From contig JAVZHQ010000001.1 in assembly GCA_038998335.1 (NCBI GenBank), forward strand, positions 320,001-384,000: a stretch of 64,000 nt of DNA, in the 5' to 3' direction. Shown here piece by piece: positions 17,044 through 26,186 of the stretch (position 1 is its first letter; each line of letters opens with the position of its first letter). The notes beneath the pieces were generated by a model. The model did not search any database, was not told the origin of the DNA, and saw only the letters and a list, made by a program, of their open reading frames with translations. The translations under genes were made by a program, and so were the position numbers. Source of the stretch: Candidatus Aenigmatarchaeota archaeon (lineage in GTDB: Archaea > Aenigmatarchaeota > Aenigmatarchaeia > CG10238-14 > SCSR01).

Positions 17044-17385
17044 ATGAAGGAAAGAAAAATTGGAGAATGGGCTTTTATTCTTGGGGTTTTGATAGCTTTC
17101 TTTGCTGGAATAGTTATCGGCAAAGTTGAGGGAAATGTGGCAGTAGTTCTTATACTTTTAGGCTTGTTCGTCGGTTTAATTAACTTGAAAAAAGATGAGA
17201 AAAAATTAACAACATTCTTAGTTGCAGCAATAGCCTTGCTTTTATCAGGAACCGCAGGTTTAGAAAACCTTCCTCTAATAGGCTCTTTTATCGGGCCAAT
17301 TCTAATTAACATCACAAGCTTTGTAACACCAGCTGCTGTGATAATTGCTTTAAAAGTAGTTTATAACTTGGCAAAGAAAGGCTAA
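17044..17385 (+). CDS. small membrane protein
   Basis: 113 aa, four hydrophobic segments. Confidence 0.7.
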   Translation: MKERKIGEWAFILGVLIAFFAGIVIGKVEGNVAVVLILLGLFVGLINLKKDEKKLTTFLVAAIALLLSGTAGLENLPLIGSFIGPILINITSFVTPAAVIIALKVVYNLAKKG

Positions 17386-17411
17386 ATTTAAACAAATGAA
17401 AAAAATATTAT

Positions 17412-18371
17412 ATGGAAATCTTTACTGAAACTTTAACCTTTTTTTCTTCTGTAGCCTTGCTTGCTTTAGCATCTCAGCTAGTTATAAAAAACGCTGCAAA
17501 GCTAGCAAGGATAACTGGTTTAGGTGAAGTGGTTATTGGCTTTATTCTCCTTTCTGTTTCAACAAGCATGCCAGAAATTAGCGTAGCTATATTTTCAGTT
17601 TTGACTAAAAACGTTGGTATAAGCATTGGTGACTTGTTTGGTGCAAATGTAATAAACATTTGCTTGATAATTGCTCTTGGTATATTAGTTTCAAAGAAAC
17701 CTATAAAAATAAAAAAAGAAGAAATAACAAACCTTTCTCTTCTTCTTTTCTTCGCTTCTTTGATTCCTTTAGCACTTATTTTTGTAGGTGAGCTTGGATT
17801 CTTAGTTGGAATTTTGCTATTAGCATTTTTCTTTGGTTTTTGTCTTTTTTCGATAAAGAGAAGAATTGGACTTAGAGAAAAAAATGAAAAGAAAAATGAT
17901 ATAGCTAAACCTTTGGTTTGGCTCTTGTTTGGCTTGTTTTTCCTTGTTTATAGCGCAATGTTTGTGGTTAATTCTGCTTCAGTTATTTCTGAGCTTACAG
18001 GAATTTCCCAGTCAGTAATAGGTGCAAGCATAGTCGCTTTAAGCACAACCCTTCCTGAACTTTCTGTTTGTTTGACCGCAATAAAAGAAGGGCATCCGCA
18101 TCTTACTTTAGGCGATACCATAGGCTCCTGTGTCACAAACATTACTTTAATTCTTGGGTTAGTTTTAATCCTATCAGAGTTTAGGGTTAGTGTTGCTGCC
18201 TTCTCGACAATAGCTTTATTCGCTTCCTTTTCTGCTCTTGTTCTTTGGTATTTTATGAAAAACAGGTTATTAACCAGAAAAGAAGGATTTTTTCTCATTT
18301 TAATTTTCTTCATTTATATGCTCTCAATTTACGGTGTTATAACCTTAGAAAGAATGTTTTTCTTAGGCTAG
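17412..18371 (+). CDS. sodium:calcium (CaCA, YrbG-like) antiporter
   Basis: Duplicated alpha repeats STSMPE / STTLPE with GD..G..N. Confidence 0.9.
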   Translation: MEIFTETLTFFSSVALLALASQLVIKNAAKLARITGLGEVVIGFILLSVSTSMPEISVAIFSVLTKNVGISIGDLFGANVINICLIIALGILVSKKPIKIKKEEITNLSLLLFFASLIPLALIFVGELGFLVGILLLAFFFGFCLFSIKRRIGLREKNEKKNDIAKPLVWLLFGLFFLVYSAMFVVNSASVISELTGISQSVIGASIVALSTTLPELSVCLTAIKEGHPHLTLGDTIGSCVTNITLILGLVLILSEFRVSVAAFSTIALFASFSALVLWYFMKNRLLTRKEGFFLILIFFIYMLSIYGVITLERMFFLG

Positions 18372-18417
18372 ATTTATATAGTTTATTAAGCCCAAGAAAT
18401 ACTTTATAGGTGAGAGC

Positions 18418-19461
18418 TTGATTTTAATAGATGGTTCTATAGGAGAAGCTGGTGGGCAAATTTTAAGAACAAGTATTGCTCTTTCTTCGCTTTTGCTTAA
18501 ACCTATAAAAATCATCAACATAAGAAAAGGTAGAGCTAAACCAGGGTTAATGGCTCAGCATTTAGCTGGAGTAAAGTTTGCTGGTGAATTTTGTAAAGCT
18601 GAGATAAAAGGTTTAAAAATTGGTTCAACTGAGCTTGAATTTATTCCAAAAAGTTTTAATATAGAAGATAAAAGAATAGACATAGGCACAGCAGGCCAGA
18701 TTTCCTTAATCTTACAAACTCTAACTCCTTTACTGATTTTTGGAGGAAAAGAAGTAAAACTTAAAATTGTTGGCGGAACAGCAGGTCTTGGGGCTCCTAC
18801 GATACATTACGTAAAAAACGTTCTTTTTCCTATGGTTTCAAAGCTTGGAGTGAAAATTCCTGAATTAGAAGTTGAAAGAGAGGGTTTTTATCCAAAAGGA
18901 GGTGGAATAGTAAAAACCAAGTTTTATCCTGTTAAAAAATTAAATTCGATTAAATTGCTTGAAAGAGGTAAAGTGAAAAGCATAAAAGGAATTTCTATAG
19001 CTGACTCTTTACCAGAGCATGTTGCGGAAAGACAAGCAAATTCTGTAGAAAAAATTTTAAAAGATTATGGTTTTGAAGCAAAAATTGCAACTCAAGCTGT
19101 GAAAACGTTCTCTCCTGGAACTTCTATAACTTTATGGGCCGAATGTGAAAATTCTGTAATCGGGGCAGACAATATAGGAAAAAAGGGAATAAAGGCTGAA
19201 AAAATAGGAGAAGAATGCGCGAAAGAGCTTTTGGCTTCAATAGAATCAAAAGCTGCTTTAGATAAGTATTTAGCTGACCAAATATTGATATTTTTAGCTT
19301 TGGCTGAGTCTGAGTCAGTAGTAAGTGTAGAAAAAATAACCCAGCACTGCTTAACAAATATTAAAATAATAGAACAAATGTTAAGCGTGAAGTTTAGGTT
19401 AGAAGAAAGCTTTCCACCAAGAATAAGTGTTAAAGGTATTGGTTTTGAGGCGAGAGAATGA
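18418..19461 (+). CDS. rtcA: RNA 3'-terminal phosphate cyclase
   Basis: IDGSIGEAGGQILRT, GFYPKGGG, LADQ and THxxTN-like (QHCLTN) motifs. Confidence 0.92.
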   Translation: MILIDGSIGEAGGQILRTSIALSSLLLKPIKIINIRKGRAKPGLMAQHLAGVKFAGEFCKAEIKGLKIGSTELEFIPKSFNIEDKRIDIGTAGQISLILQTLTPLLIFGGKEVKLKIVGGTAGLGAPTIHYVKNVLFPMVSKLGVKIPELEVEREGFYPKGGGIVKTKFYPVKKLNSIKLLERGKVKSIKGISIADSLPEHVAERQANSVEKILKDYGFEAKIATQAVKTFSPGTSITLWAECENSVIGADNIGKKGIKAEKIGEECAKELLASIESKAALDKYLADQILIFLALAESESVVSVEKITQHCLTNIKIIEQMLSVKFRLEESFPPRISVKGIGFEARE

Positions 19462-20660
19462 AAGTATTGGTTTTAGGTTGTGGAGCAATAGGTTCGTCGA
19501 TAATAAGGCTACTTTTGAAAGAGAAATTTATAGATGAAGTTTTTTGTGTAAGTAGAGAGAAAAAAACTGCAAAAGACTTTCTTCTGAAAGATTTTAGAAG
19601 CGTAGAATTTAAAGTTGGTGACGCCCTTAACTTTAAAACGATAAAACCTTTTTTAGAAAAATCAGATTTCGTAATTAATGCATTACCGAGCTATGTAGAG
19701 GTAAAAGGAAAGGAAGTTTTGATTAACCTAAAAATTCTTGAGTTTTGTTTGAAAACTGGAACGAATTACTTGGACTTTGCTTGTTACGGAGATTACAAAA
19801 GGAAGATTGCTGAGCAGCTCATTTTTAAAGAAGAATTCGAAAGAGAAAGAGTTTTTGGTTTAATTAACGCAGGTGTTGCTCCTGGCTTGTCAAACCTTAT
19901 AGCAAAGGAAAGTAGTGAAGAGTTTGACTATTTAGATAGTATAAAGATAAGAACCTTAGAAGATCAAAGAGGATTAGAATTTGTGCTTCCTTGGTCAAGA
20001 GAAGGGATGTTTGACGTTGCCTCTAAAGCTTTAGTTTATAGAAATTACAAGTTTTTTCTGAAAGAACCTTTTACAGAAAGAGAGATTTACGATTACTCTT
20101 CTTTTGGAAAGATTCCTTGCTATCTTTTAGCTCATGACGAAATTTATACTTTGCCGCATTTCATAAAAGTTAGGAATGTTGATGTTAAAGGGGGAGGAAG
20201 CGACGTAGAAATTCTTCTTGCTTTGTATAAACTTGGGATTTTTGAGGACGAAAAAATTAAAGTTGGAGAAGTAAGAATTTCACCAAAAAAATTCATTTAT
20301 TCCATAGTTAGAGGAACTCCAACTACTAGGGAATTCATAAAAATAATAAACCAAGGGATAATAGAAGATGCTTTCTTTGGTTTGTTTGTTGATTGTAAAG
20401 GATATTGGAGAAACAGTAGAATTTTGATGAAAACTTATCTTACATTTTCCCAAAAAATGATAAACAAAAAGCTTTTGGGTACAAATTACATTTCTTATCC
20501 TACAGCCTTATCTTCTGTTCTATTCCTTAAATCAGTTTACAAGAAAAGGCTTTATGGAGTTTTACCTCCTGAAGCTCTTCCCAAAGCTGTAAGAAAGAAA
20601 TTCTTTAACGAATTGGAAAGAAAAGGGATAATCTTAAACACGGAATACAAAAAAATTTAA
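19458..20660 (+). CDS. saccharopine dehydrogenase family NAD(P)-dependent oxidoreductase
   Basis: GCGAIG Rossmann motif, NYLD, GVAPGLSN and HDE motifs. Confidence 0.85.
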   Translation: MKVLVLGCGAIGSSIIRLLLKEKFIDEVFCVSREKKTAKDFLLKDFRSVEFKVGDALNFKTIKPFLEKSDFVINALPSYVEVKGKEVLINLKILEFCLKTGTNYLDFACYGDYKRKIAEQLIFKEEFERERVFGLINAGVAPGLSNLIAKESSEEFDYLDSIKIRTLEDQRGLEFVLPWSREGMFDVASKALVYRNYKFFLKEPFTEREIYDYSSFGKIPCYLLAHDEIYTLPHFIKVRNVDVKGGGSDVEILLALYKLGIFEDEKIKVGEVRISPKKFIYSIVRGTPTTREFIKIINQGIIEDAFFGLFVDCKGYWRNSRILMKTYLTFSQKMINKKLLGTNYISYPTALSSVLFLKSVYKKRLYGVLPPEALPKAVRKKFFNELERKGIILNTEYKKI

Positions 20661-20661
20661 C

Positions 20662-21009
20662 TTATTTTTTTATCAGATTTTCTATTTCTAGCCAAACTCT
20701 TTTTATAAAAATTCCAGCAATTCCCCACAAAATTGGTAGCCAGGATGGAATTAAGTCTAAAATTTCTAGCAAAGAATATTTCCATGCTCCAAAAAGAATT
20801 GCAAAAGCCTCAGCAGAAGCACCAAAAATTCCTGAAAAAATAAAGAGGTAAATATCTCTTTTATCTTTTTCGACTAAAATCATCAGAATGCTAACGAATA
20901 TTAAACAAACTAAGAGTAAAATTGAGTTTGCCCAAAGAAATGCAACTAAAAATATTGAAGTTAAACCTAACAAGAAACTATAAACAAATCTTCTCGACAC
21001 TTTTTCCAT
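20662..21009 (-). CDS. small membrane protein
   Basis: Four TMs, GAWKY...IPSWLPILWG. Confidence 0.65.
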   Translation of the reverse strand: MEKVSRRFVYSFLLGLTSIFLVAFLWANSILLLVCLIFVSILMILVEKDKRDIYLFIFSGIFGASAEAFAILFGAWKYSLLEILDLIPSWLPILWGIAGIFIKRVWLEIENLIKK

Positions 21010-21157
21010 AATATAGTTTAAAATTTTTATTTAAAAAAACGAAAAGTTTTTAAATTCTTGGAGCAAAAAAATAATATCTTTTCTAGTGTGTTAATTACAC
21101 AAAATTTACTTGATTTAGTTTGCTTCGGAGGTAAACAAAAAATGTCGCGTGATAACT

Positions 21158-21694
21158 ATGAAAAAAGAATTGTTAGTGGTAATGCTAGTCAGCATACTCT
21201 CTTCAATAGGAATGGGAATGTTTGCTCCTGTTTACTTGTTACTCTATCAAAAAATTGGCAATTATACAGAAATAGCAACAGCCTTTGGAATATTCTGGAT
21301 AGTCTTAGCTTTATTAGAAGCTCCTTTTGGCTATTTTTCAGATAAGTTTGGTAAAAAGTTCTTCATAGTCGTAGGTGGAATTTTAACTTCTCTTGTTTCC
21401 TTGTCTTATATCTTCATTAAAAGTGTTTCTGAACTCTATTTTTTGGAATTCTTAAGCGGAATGGCAACTTCTATGCAAACTCCAGCAATCCAGTCTTTAA
21501 TTTCAGAAGCAAGCCCAAAAAATAAAAAAGGAAAAATTTTTGGCTTGTTTAACTCTTCTGTTAATTTTACTTACGGTTTAGCTTCTTTATTCTCTGGAAT
21601 TTTTATAGGAGTTTTTGGCTTAAACTCAGTTTTTATAGTTTCTTCTTTCTTCCAAATTACTTCTGCTTTAATTGCTTCTAGAATCAAATGCTAA
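21158..21694 (+). CDS. half-size (6-TM) MFS transporter
   Basis: MFS motif A GYFSDKFGKK; only one 6-TM domain before the stop. Confidence 0.75.
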   Translation: MKKELLVVMLVSILSSIGMGMFAPVYLLLYQKIGNYTEIATAFGIFWIVLALLEAPFGYFSDKFGKKFFIVVGGILTSLVSLSYIFIKSVSELYFLEFLSGMATSMQTPAIQSLISEASPKNKKGKIFGLFNSSVNFTYGLASLFSGIFIGVFGLNSVFIVSSFFQITSALIASRIKC

Positions 21695-21804
21695 TCTTTC
21701 TTAGAAAACTTACAAATAAGTTCATGCTGAGCTAAGCCTATGTAAATTGGCTTTCCACAATACTTGCAAATTCCTTCTGGTTCTGGTAAGTCTTTTTCTG
21801 ACAT
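21691..21804 (-). CDS. 37-aa zinc-finger micro-protein
   Basis: Manual translation MSEKDLPEPEGICKYCGKPIYIGLAQHELICKFSKKD; CxxC...HxxxC; starts 6 nt after the TIP49 stop. Confidence 0.55.
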   Translation of the reverse strand: MSEKDLPEPEGICKYCGKPIYIGLAQHELICKFSKKD

Positions 21805-21810
21805 AGCAAC

Positions 21811-23175
21811 CTAAACCAAAAATTGTTCTTCAAATTCTTTTAAGTATTGAACTGATTTTTTAACGTCAGAAAAAAGCTTTTCAACGTGTAAAACATGCTC
21901 TTTTTCTATTTTTTCAGATTTCTTCTCTTTTGCAACTTCGTAAGCAGGAGCTATAAGTTGAATAGCGTATCTTAAACTTGTTCTGCTTCCTATTTCTGTT
22001 AGGTATTCTAAAGCTTCTTCGCTTAATTTTATTTTCTCAGATTTTGCCCTGATTTCGATTATCTTCTTAATCTCTTCTTTTTTGTAAGGTTTAGTGTTGA
22101 TTATCAATAACCTGTCAAGCAAATCTAAGGGCATACCATGAGCAGCTTTGATATCTGTTCCTCTTATGGTTGAAAATCCTCTGTTGGTTGCAAATATTAT
22201 TATTGGAGCAAGCTCTTGTTCTAGTGCACGATTAAGAAAAGCAAAAGTTTCTATATCGAGCATGCTACACTCATCTATAAAAACAACTCCAGGCAATAAC
22301 TCGCATCTTCCTTCCTGAACTAAGTTTTTAATGTATTCGTCAACTTCCTTTCTTACTTCTGGCTCAATTTCTTTTGACTCCCTTCCCCCAAAGAATAAAC
22401 TGAAAATATCACTGCTTGAGCGTGAGCTTGCTATGTCTAAAGCATGTAAAGTTACAGGATAAACAAACTCTTTTTCCTTCAAAACTTTTCCTTTTGGTAC
22501 AGGTAGCGATTTTTCTGTTGTCAAATCAACTTTCCTTTCTTTTGCCGCTTCTTCGCTTATCCCCAGCTTAACTATTCTTCCTCCTTCAACATCAATTTGA
22601 ATAATGTCACCTGTTTCAACACCTTGCTGAATTAGCTGAATCGCAAAGCTTTGGTCCATAGTAAGCTTTTTGCTCTCATCTTTTGTTGCGATTTTAATCG
22701 TTGCTCCAACTGGAATTTGCTGGTAAGGATTGTAAGGATGCTGAGCTTTCTCTATGCTTATTTCTTTCACCTCACCTTCATAAATTTTCCTCATCTCATG
22801 AATTCTTGCTCCGATAGCTTTTCTCAAAGTTTGGGTTAGAAACTCTGTTTTTTTCATTTCTGTAGAGAAAATCTCGCTTGCAGCTAAAGGGACAAAGGGA
22901 ACGTCATGCCCTAATTCTTTTGCTATAGCCATCGCAATAGCAGTTTTTCCTGTGCCCGGAGGACCAGCTAACAAAACTGCCCTTCCTGCAAACTTTCCTT
23001 CTTTTATTAGTCTAACAACTAAGCCTGCAGCCTCTCTAGCCTCTGTTTGGCCAACCATCCCTTGAGCTATAGGCTTAGCTTTTAAACCTTCTAGACCTAA
23101 GCCTTGAATGTGAGAGTGTGCTGCTATTCTTTCCCATTCGCGAAGAGACTCAGGAATTTCGGCTATCTCAGCCAA
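21811..23175 (-). CDS. TIP49/RuvBL (Rvb1/2-like) AAA+ ATPase
   Basis: RIAAHSHIQGLG, GPPGTGKT, FIDECSMLD, ATNRG and HGMPLDLLDRL motifs. Confidence 0.95.
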   Translation of the reverse strand: MAEIAEIPESLREWERIAAHSHIQGLGLEGLKAKPIAQGMVGQTEAREAAGLVVRLIKEGKFAGRAVLLAGPPGTGKTAIAMAIAKELGHDVPFVPLAASEIFSTEMKKTEFLTQTLRKAIGARIHEMRKIYEGEVKEISIEKAQHPYNPYQQIPVGATIKIATKDESKKLTMDQSFAIQLIQQGVETGDIIQIDVEGGRIVKLGISEEAAKERKVDLTTEKSLPVPKGKVLKEKEFVYPVTLHALDIASSRSSSDIFSLFFGGRESKEIEPEVRKEVDEYIKNLVQEGRCELLPGVVFIDECSMLDIETFAFLNRALEQELAPIIIFATNRGFSTIRGTDIKAAHGMPLDLLDRLLIINTKPYKKEEIKKIIEIRAKSEKIKLSEEALEYLTEIGSRTSLRYAIQLIAPAYEVAKEKKSEKIEKEHVLHVEKLFSDVKKSVQYLKEFEEQFLV

Positions 23176-23181
23176 AATTCC

Positions 23182-23817
23182 TCACCTCTCAACTTCTATA
23201 TTAAGAATTCCGTTCTTAAATTCTTTTTTGGTAATGGAAGCGTCAGATGGTATAGGAATCAACTTAAAGTAAGCCTTATCTCCTGCAAAGGCTTTAACCT
23301 CGATGCTTTGCTCAAGCTTTTTAACTTCAATATCTTCTTCTTTCACATCAGGAAGCTTTATTTTTATTATTTGTTTGTTCCCCATTTTTTCTATTTTTGC
23401 TTCAGGCTCTTCTGTAACTTTTGGTACTCTAATTTTTTTCTTTTCAGGCTCTTCTCGAATTTCCTCTACTTCCTCTACAGCTGGTTTGATTCCAAGCCTT
23501 CTTTTAATCTCAGGCTCTATTTTTTTGTAATCTCCACTTGTTTTTACTTCAATTTTTGGTTCCCTTCCGCTTACTGAATGGATTGTGATGCTTATTCCTC
23601 CCCCTTTAATTCCTGGTTTGAACTTAATTCTTGGGAATTCAAACCCAAACATTTTGTCTATTCTTTCAAACTCTTTATCTATATCCTCGAATATATCAAA
23701 AACCCTAAGTTCCCTTTCTTTTTCTTTAAGCCTTTCTCCACAGATTGGGCAAAACTCCCACTCATCCTTAACTTTTTCCCCACAGCTTGGACATTTTTTT
23801 CTCTCAAACATTTTCAA
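23182..23817 (-). CDS. Hsp20/alpha-crystallin family protein with N-terminal zinc ribbon
   Basis: CPSCG...CPICG followed by a C-terminal alpha-crystallin-like domain (FKNGILNIE). Confidence 0.8.
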   Translation of the reverse strand: MKMFERKKCPSCGEKVKDEWEFCPICGERLKEKERELRVFDIFEDIDKEFERIDKMFGFEFPRIKFKPGIKGGGISITIHSVSGREPKIEVKTSGDYKKIEPEIKRRLGIKPAVEEVEEIREEPEKKKIRVPKVTEEPEAKIEKMGNKQIIKIKLPDVKEEDIEVKKLEQSIEVKAFAGDKAYFKLIPIPSDASITKKEFKNGILNIEVER

Positions 23818-23853
23818 ACCTACTTAAAATTTTGCTGAATAATTTAAATTGTT

Positions 23854-24285
23854 TTACTCTACTTTTATTTCTTTTCCTTTTTTCTTTTCCTTTTTTGGCA
23901 ACCTTATAGTTAAAACTCCTTTGTCCATTTCTGCCTTTGCTTTTTCATAATCGACAGGAACTGGTAAAGTAATTACTCTTCTCAAAGCTCCAAACTTTCT
24001 TTCAGCTCTATAAATTTTTTCTGTCTTTTCTATTTTTTTCTCTTTGTGCTGAGCAGAAATTTCCAAGGTATTTTCTGTAGCTCTTACTGTTACATCACTC
24101 TTGTCAAAACCTGGTAAATCTGCCCTTACTATTATTTCCTCGTCAGTCTCTGAAATATCTACAGGAAATGTTTCTACAAAAAACTCTTCGCTTGGAAGCT
24201 TTTCTAGCAATTGCCTCATTCTCCTTCTCATTCTTTCTAATTCTTCAAAAGGATCCCAATAATCCCAAAAAACCATTTTTATCAC
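23854..24285 (-). CDS. small heat shock protein Hsp20
   Basis: PVDISET...ADLPG...[14 protein letters not shown] and IKVE tail. Confidence 0.93.
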   Translation of the reverse strand: MIKMVFWDYWDPFEELERMRRRMRQLLEKLPSEEFFVETFPVDISETDEEIIVRADLPGFDKSDVTVRATENTLEISAQHKEKKIEKTEKIYRAERKFGALRRVITLPVPVDYEKAKAEMDKGVLTIRLPKKEKKKGKEIKVE

Positions 24286-24350
24286 CTAGTTAGTGTTTAA
24301 ATAATCTAAAAAATATATTGCTTAATAATTTAAATATTTTTCGATTATCT

Positions 24351-24545
24351 TTAGAAAATGAATTTTTCTTCTAATATTTTGCAGAACCACCTTTTTGCTT
24401 TATTAGTTCTTGAAGTTTTTCGCTTTTCCAAACAGAAAACTGAACCATTTCAGCTTTTATTTTCCTAAACTTCTGTTTATTCTCTTTTCTAGCGTTGTAT
24501 TCTCTCTTGGGATGTCAAAAGCTAAAATGAAATTCGTTTTTTCAC
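24351..24545 (-). pseudogene. frameshifted Cas2/PaaX-central-domain-like small gene remnant
   Basis: Pieces in different frames: FILAFDIPRENTTLEKRINR / KIKAEMVQFSVWKSEKLQELIK.. / ILEEKFIF*. Confidence 0.55.
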
Positions 24546-24565
24546 TTTTTTAAATCTTTTTAGAA

Positions 24566-24581
24566 TGTCATACGTATGACA
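24566..24581. promoter_or_regulatory. perfect 16-bp palindrome TGTCATACGTATGACA
   Basis: Self-complementary; lies just upstream of the Cas2-like remnant. Confidence 0.55.
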
Positions 24582-24666
24582 CTTCTGTATAAATTTAACT
24601 GAAGTTAACTTCCAGTGAATACTTGCTCTAAAAAACTTTTTATTTAAGTTCAATAAAATTAAAAAC

Positions 24667-24828
24667 ATGGTAAGCATTTTGTTCATAATTTTTGGTATAA
24701 TCGATTTACTAGGCGGAATAGTTTTAACTTTCGGAAGCGTAACTTTCCTCCCTCAAATCGCAAAGTACATAGGTTTGTTTTTAATAGCAAAAGGACTTTG
24801 GACTTTAATAACAAGCTTTATCTATTAA
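24667..24828 (+). CDS. 53-aa membrane protein
   Basis: MVSILFIIFGIIDLLGGIVL...IAKGLWTLITSFIY; below the ORF-track cutoff. Confidence 0.6.
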   Translation: MVSILFIIFGIIDLLGGIVLTFGSVTFLPQIAKYIGLFLIAKGLWTLITSFIY

Positions 24829-25010
24829 CCAAAAACCTCAAGAATCTTTCCTTTTACGGAAGCGTCTCCACCTTTTGGTTCAGCTAAGGTTTCACCACAC
24901 TTTAAGCATTTAACAACAGTTGAAGCTTTGCTAAAAATTACTTGCTTATTCTTACATTTTTTGCACATAACTTGAATAAATTTGCTCTTAGGTGTTTCTA
25001 TTATCTCCAT
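24825..25010 (-). CDS. rps27e: 30S ribosomal protein S27e
   Basis: PKSKFIQVMCKKCKNKQVIF...CLKCG...PKGG. Confidence 0.93.
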   Translation of the reverse strand: MEIIETPKSKFIQVMCKKCKNKQVIFSKASTVVKCLKCGETLAEPKGGDASVKGKILEVFG

Positions 25011-25014
25011 AATC

Positions 25015-25308
25015 TCACAACTTAACTATTTCAAACTTTTTAACCCTAAAACCTTTTCCTCTTGTATGTTTTTTCCCACAAACTAAGCACTTGAACCTTA
25101 AATCAAGCTTTTTTGTCGGTTTTTCTCTTCCTTTAGGGTTTTCCTTAGGAAAACTCCCATAACCTTTCATTTTTCTTAAGAACCTTCTTTGCCCTTGAGC
25201 CAAAGTTCTTCTCTGCCTTTTCTTTGCTACTTCTACTTCATGCTCGGTATGCTTTCTACAAAAAGGGCAGAAAGTTCTTATTTTCTTCGGCATCTTCATT
25301 TTTATCAC
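25015..25308 (-). CDS. rpl44e: 50S ribosomal protein L44e
   Basis: [17 protein letters not shown]...[12 protein letters not shown]; probable start 25299. Confidence 0.93.
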   Translation of the reverse strand: MIKMKMPKKIRTFCPFCRKHTEHEVEVAKKRQRRTLAQGQRRFLRKMKGYGSFPKENPKGREKPTKKLDLRFKCLVCGKKHTRGKGFRVKKFEIVKL

Positions 25309-25338
25309 TAAAATATTTGCACTTAATAAAAATTTAAA

Positions 25339-25872
25339 TTATTTTTCAACCTTAAATTCCTCAACTATGCCTCTCTCTTTCAATATTCTAACGTTTTCTT
25401 CGGGTAGTTTTGCTATATCTCCTTTTTTAAAAGGCCCGTAAATTTTTTCATCGCTTCCTATAAACTGAGGTACATCCTCTTTAAAAACAACTAAGTTTTC
25501 TTCTTCTTTCTTTTCAGAAAAGATTTGCCCCAAGATTCTTTTTCTTCTTTCACCTATAGTTTTAACCAAAATATCAAAAAACTCCTTTTCTTCTTCTGTT
25601 AAATTTTCTGGGGGGATCTGAGTTCTTACAGTTATTATTGCCTGATTAATTATCTTTCTTTCTCTTCTGTTAAAAATATCCTCTATTAAAGCTTTAACAT
25701 TTTTTAATTCTATGGCAACTTTTCTGTTTTCTTCTGAAACTTTTCTTTTCTGTTCTAGGTACAAAGTTAGCTTCTGATAAAAATTTTCAGGTAGTTTTGT
25801 AAGTTTTGGCGAATTTTGTTCTTCTCTTTGAATCTTTCTTATAACCTCAAAAGTTATAGTCTCTTCTGCCAT
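25339..25872 (-). CDS. GINS subunit (Gins15/Gins51-like)
   Basis: KLPENFY...RERKI..., C-terminal B domain YGPFKKGDIAKLP; located in the primase-GINS-L44e-S27e cluster. Confidence 0.85.
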   Translation of the reverse strand: MAEETITFEVIRKIQREEQNSPKLTKLPENFYQKLTLYLEQKRKVSEENRKVAIELKNVKALIEDIFNRRERKIINQAIITVRTQIPPENLTEEEKEFFDILVKTIGERRKRILGQIFSEKKEEENLVVFKEDVPQFIGSDEKIYGPFKKGDIAKLPEENVRILKERGIVEEFKVEK

Positions 25873-26186
25873 TTTTATCCATTTTAAATTTTATTTACAC
25901 TTATTAAATATTCGTGTTCCGGGTTTTTGCACCTAAAAAAAATAATCTTTCCTGGTAATTCAAAAACTTTTCCTTCTGAATCGTGCATCTTCCTTATCAC
26001 TTCTTCTTCCCAAGTTTCAAAATAACCCCAAGGACACTCGCTGCATCTATACTCTTCTACTATTTTCTGCTTTTTTTCATAAGGAATAAAAGGCTTATAG
26101 ACTCCTAAACTTTTTTGAAAAGCTTCAAAACTCTTTTCACATTTTTTCTCGATACCAATCCCATTTAAAAAATGAAGAGTAAAGAA

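Noticed and set aside
24351-24660. CRISPR-Cas locus
   Set aside because: Only a degenerate Cas2-like remnant; I saw no repeat-spacer array or other cas genes in the window.
25884-26186. Open minus-strand frame between primase and GINS (…YRCSECPWGYF…RCKNPEH…)
   Set aside because: It looks protein-like but has no upstream in-frame start; it may be a decayed gene or read-through, and I cannot support either call.
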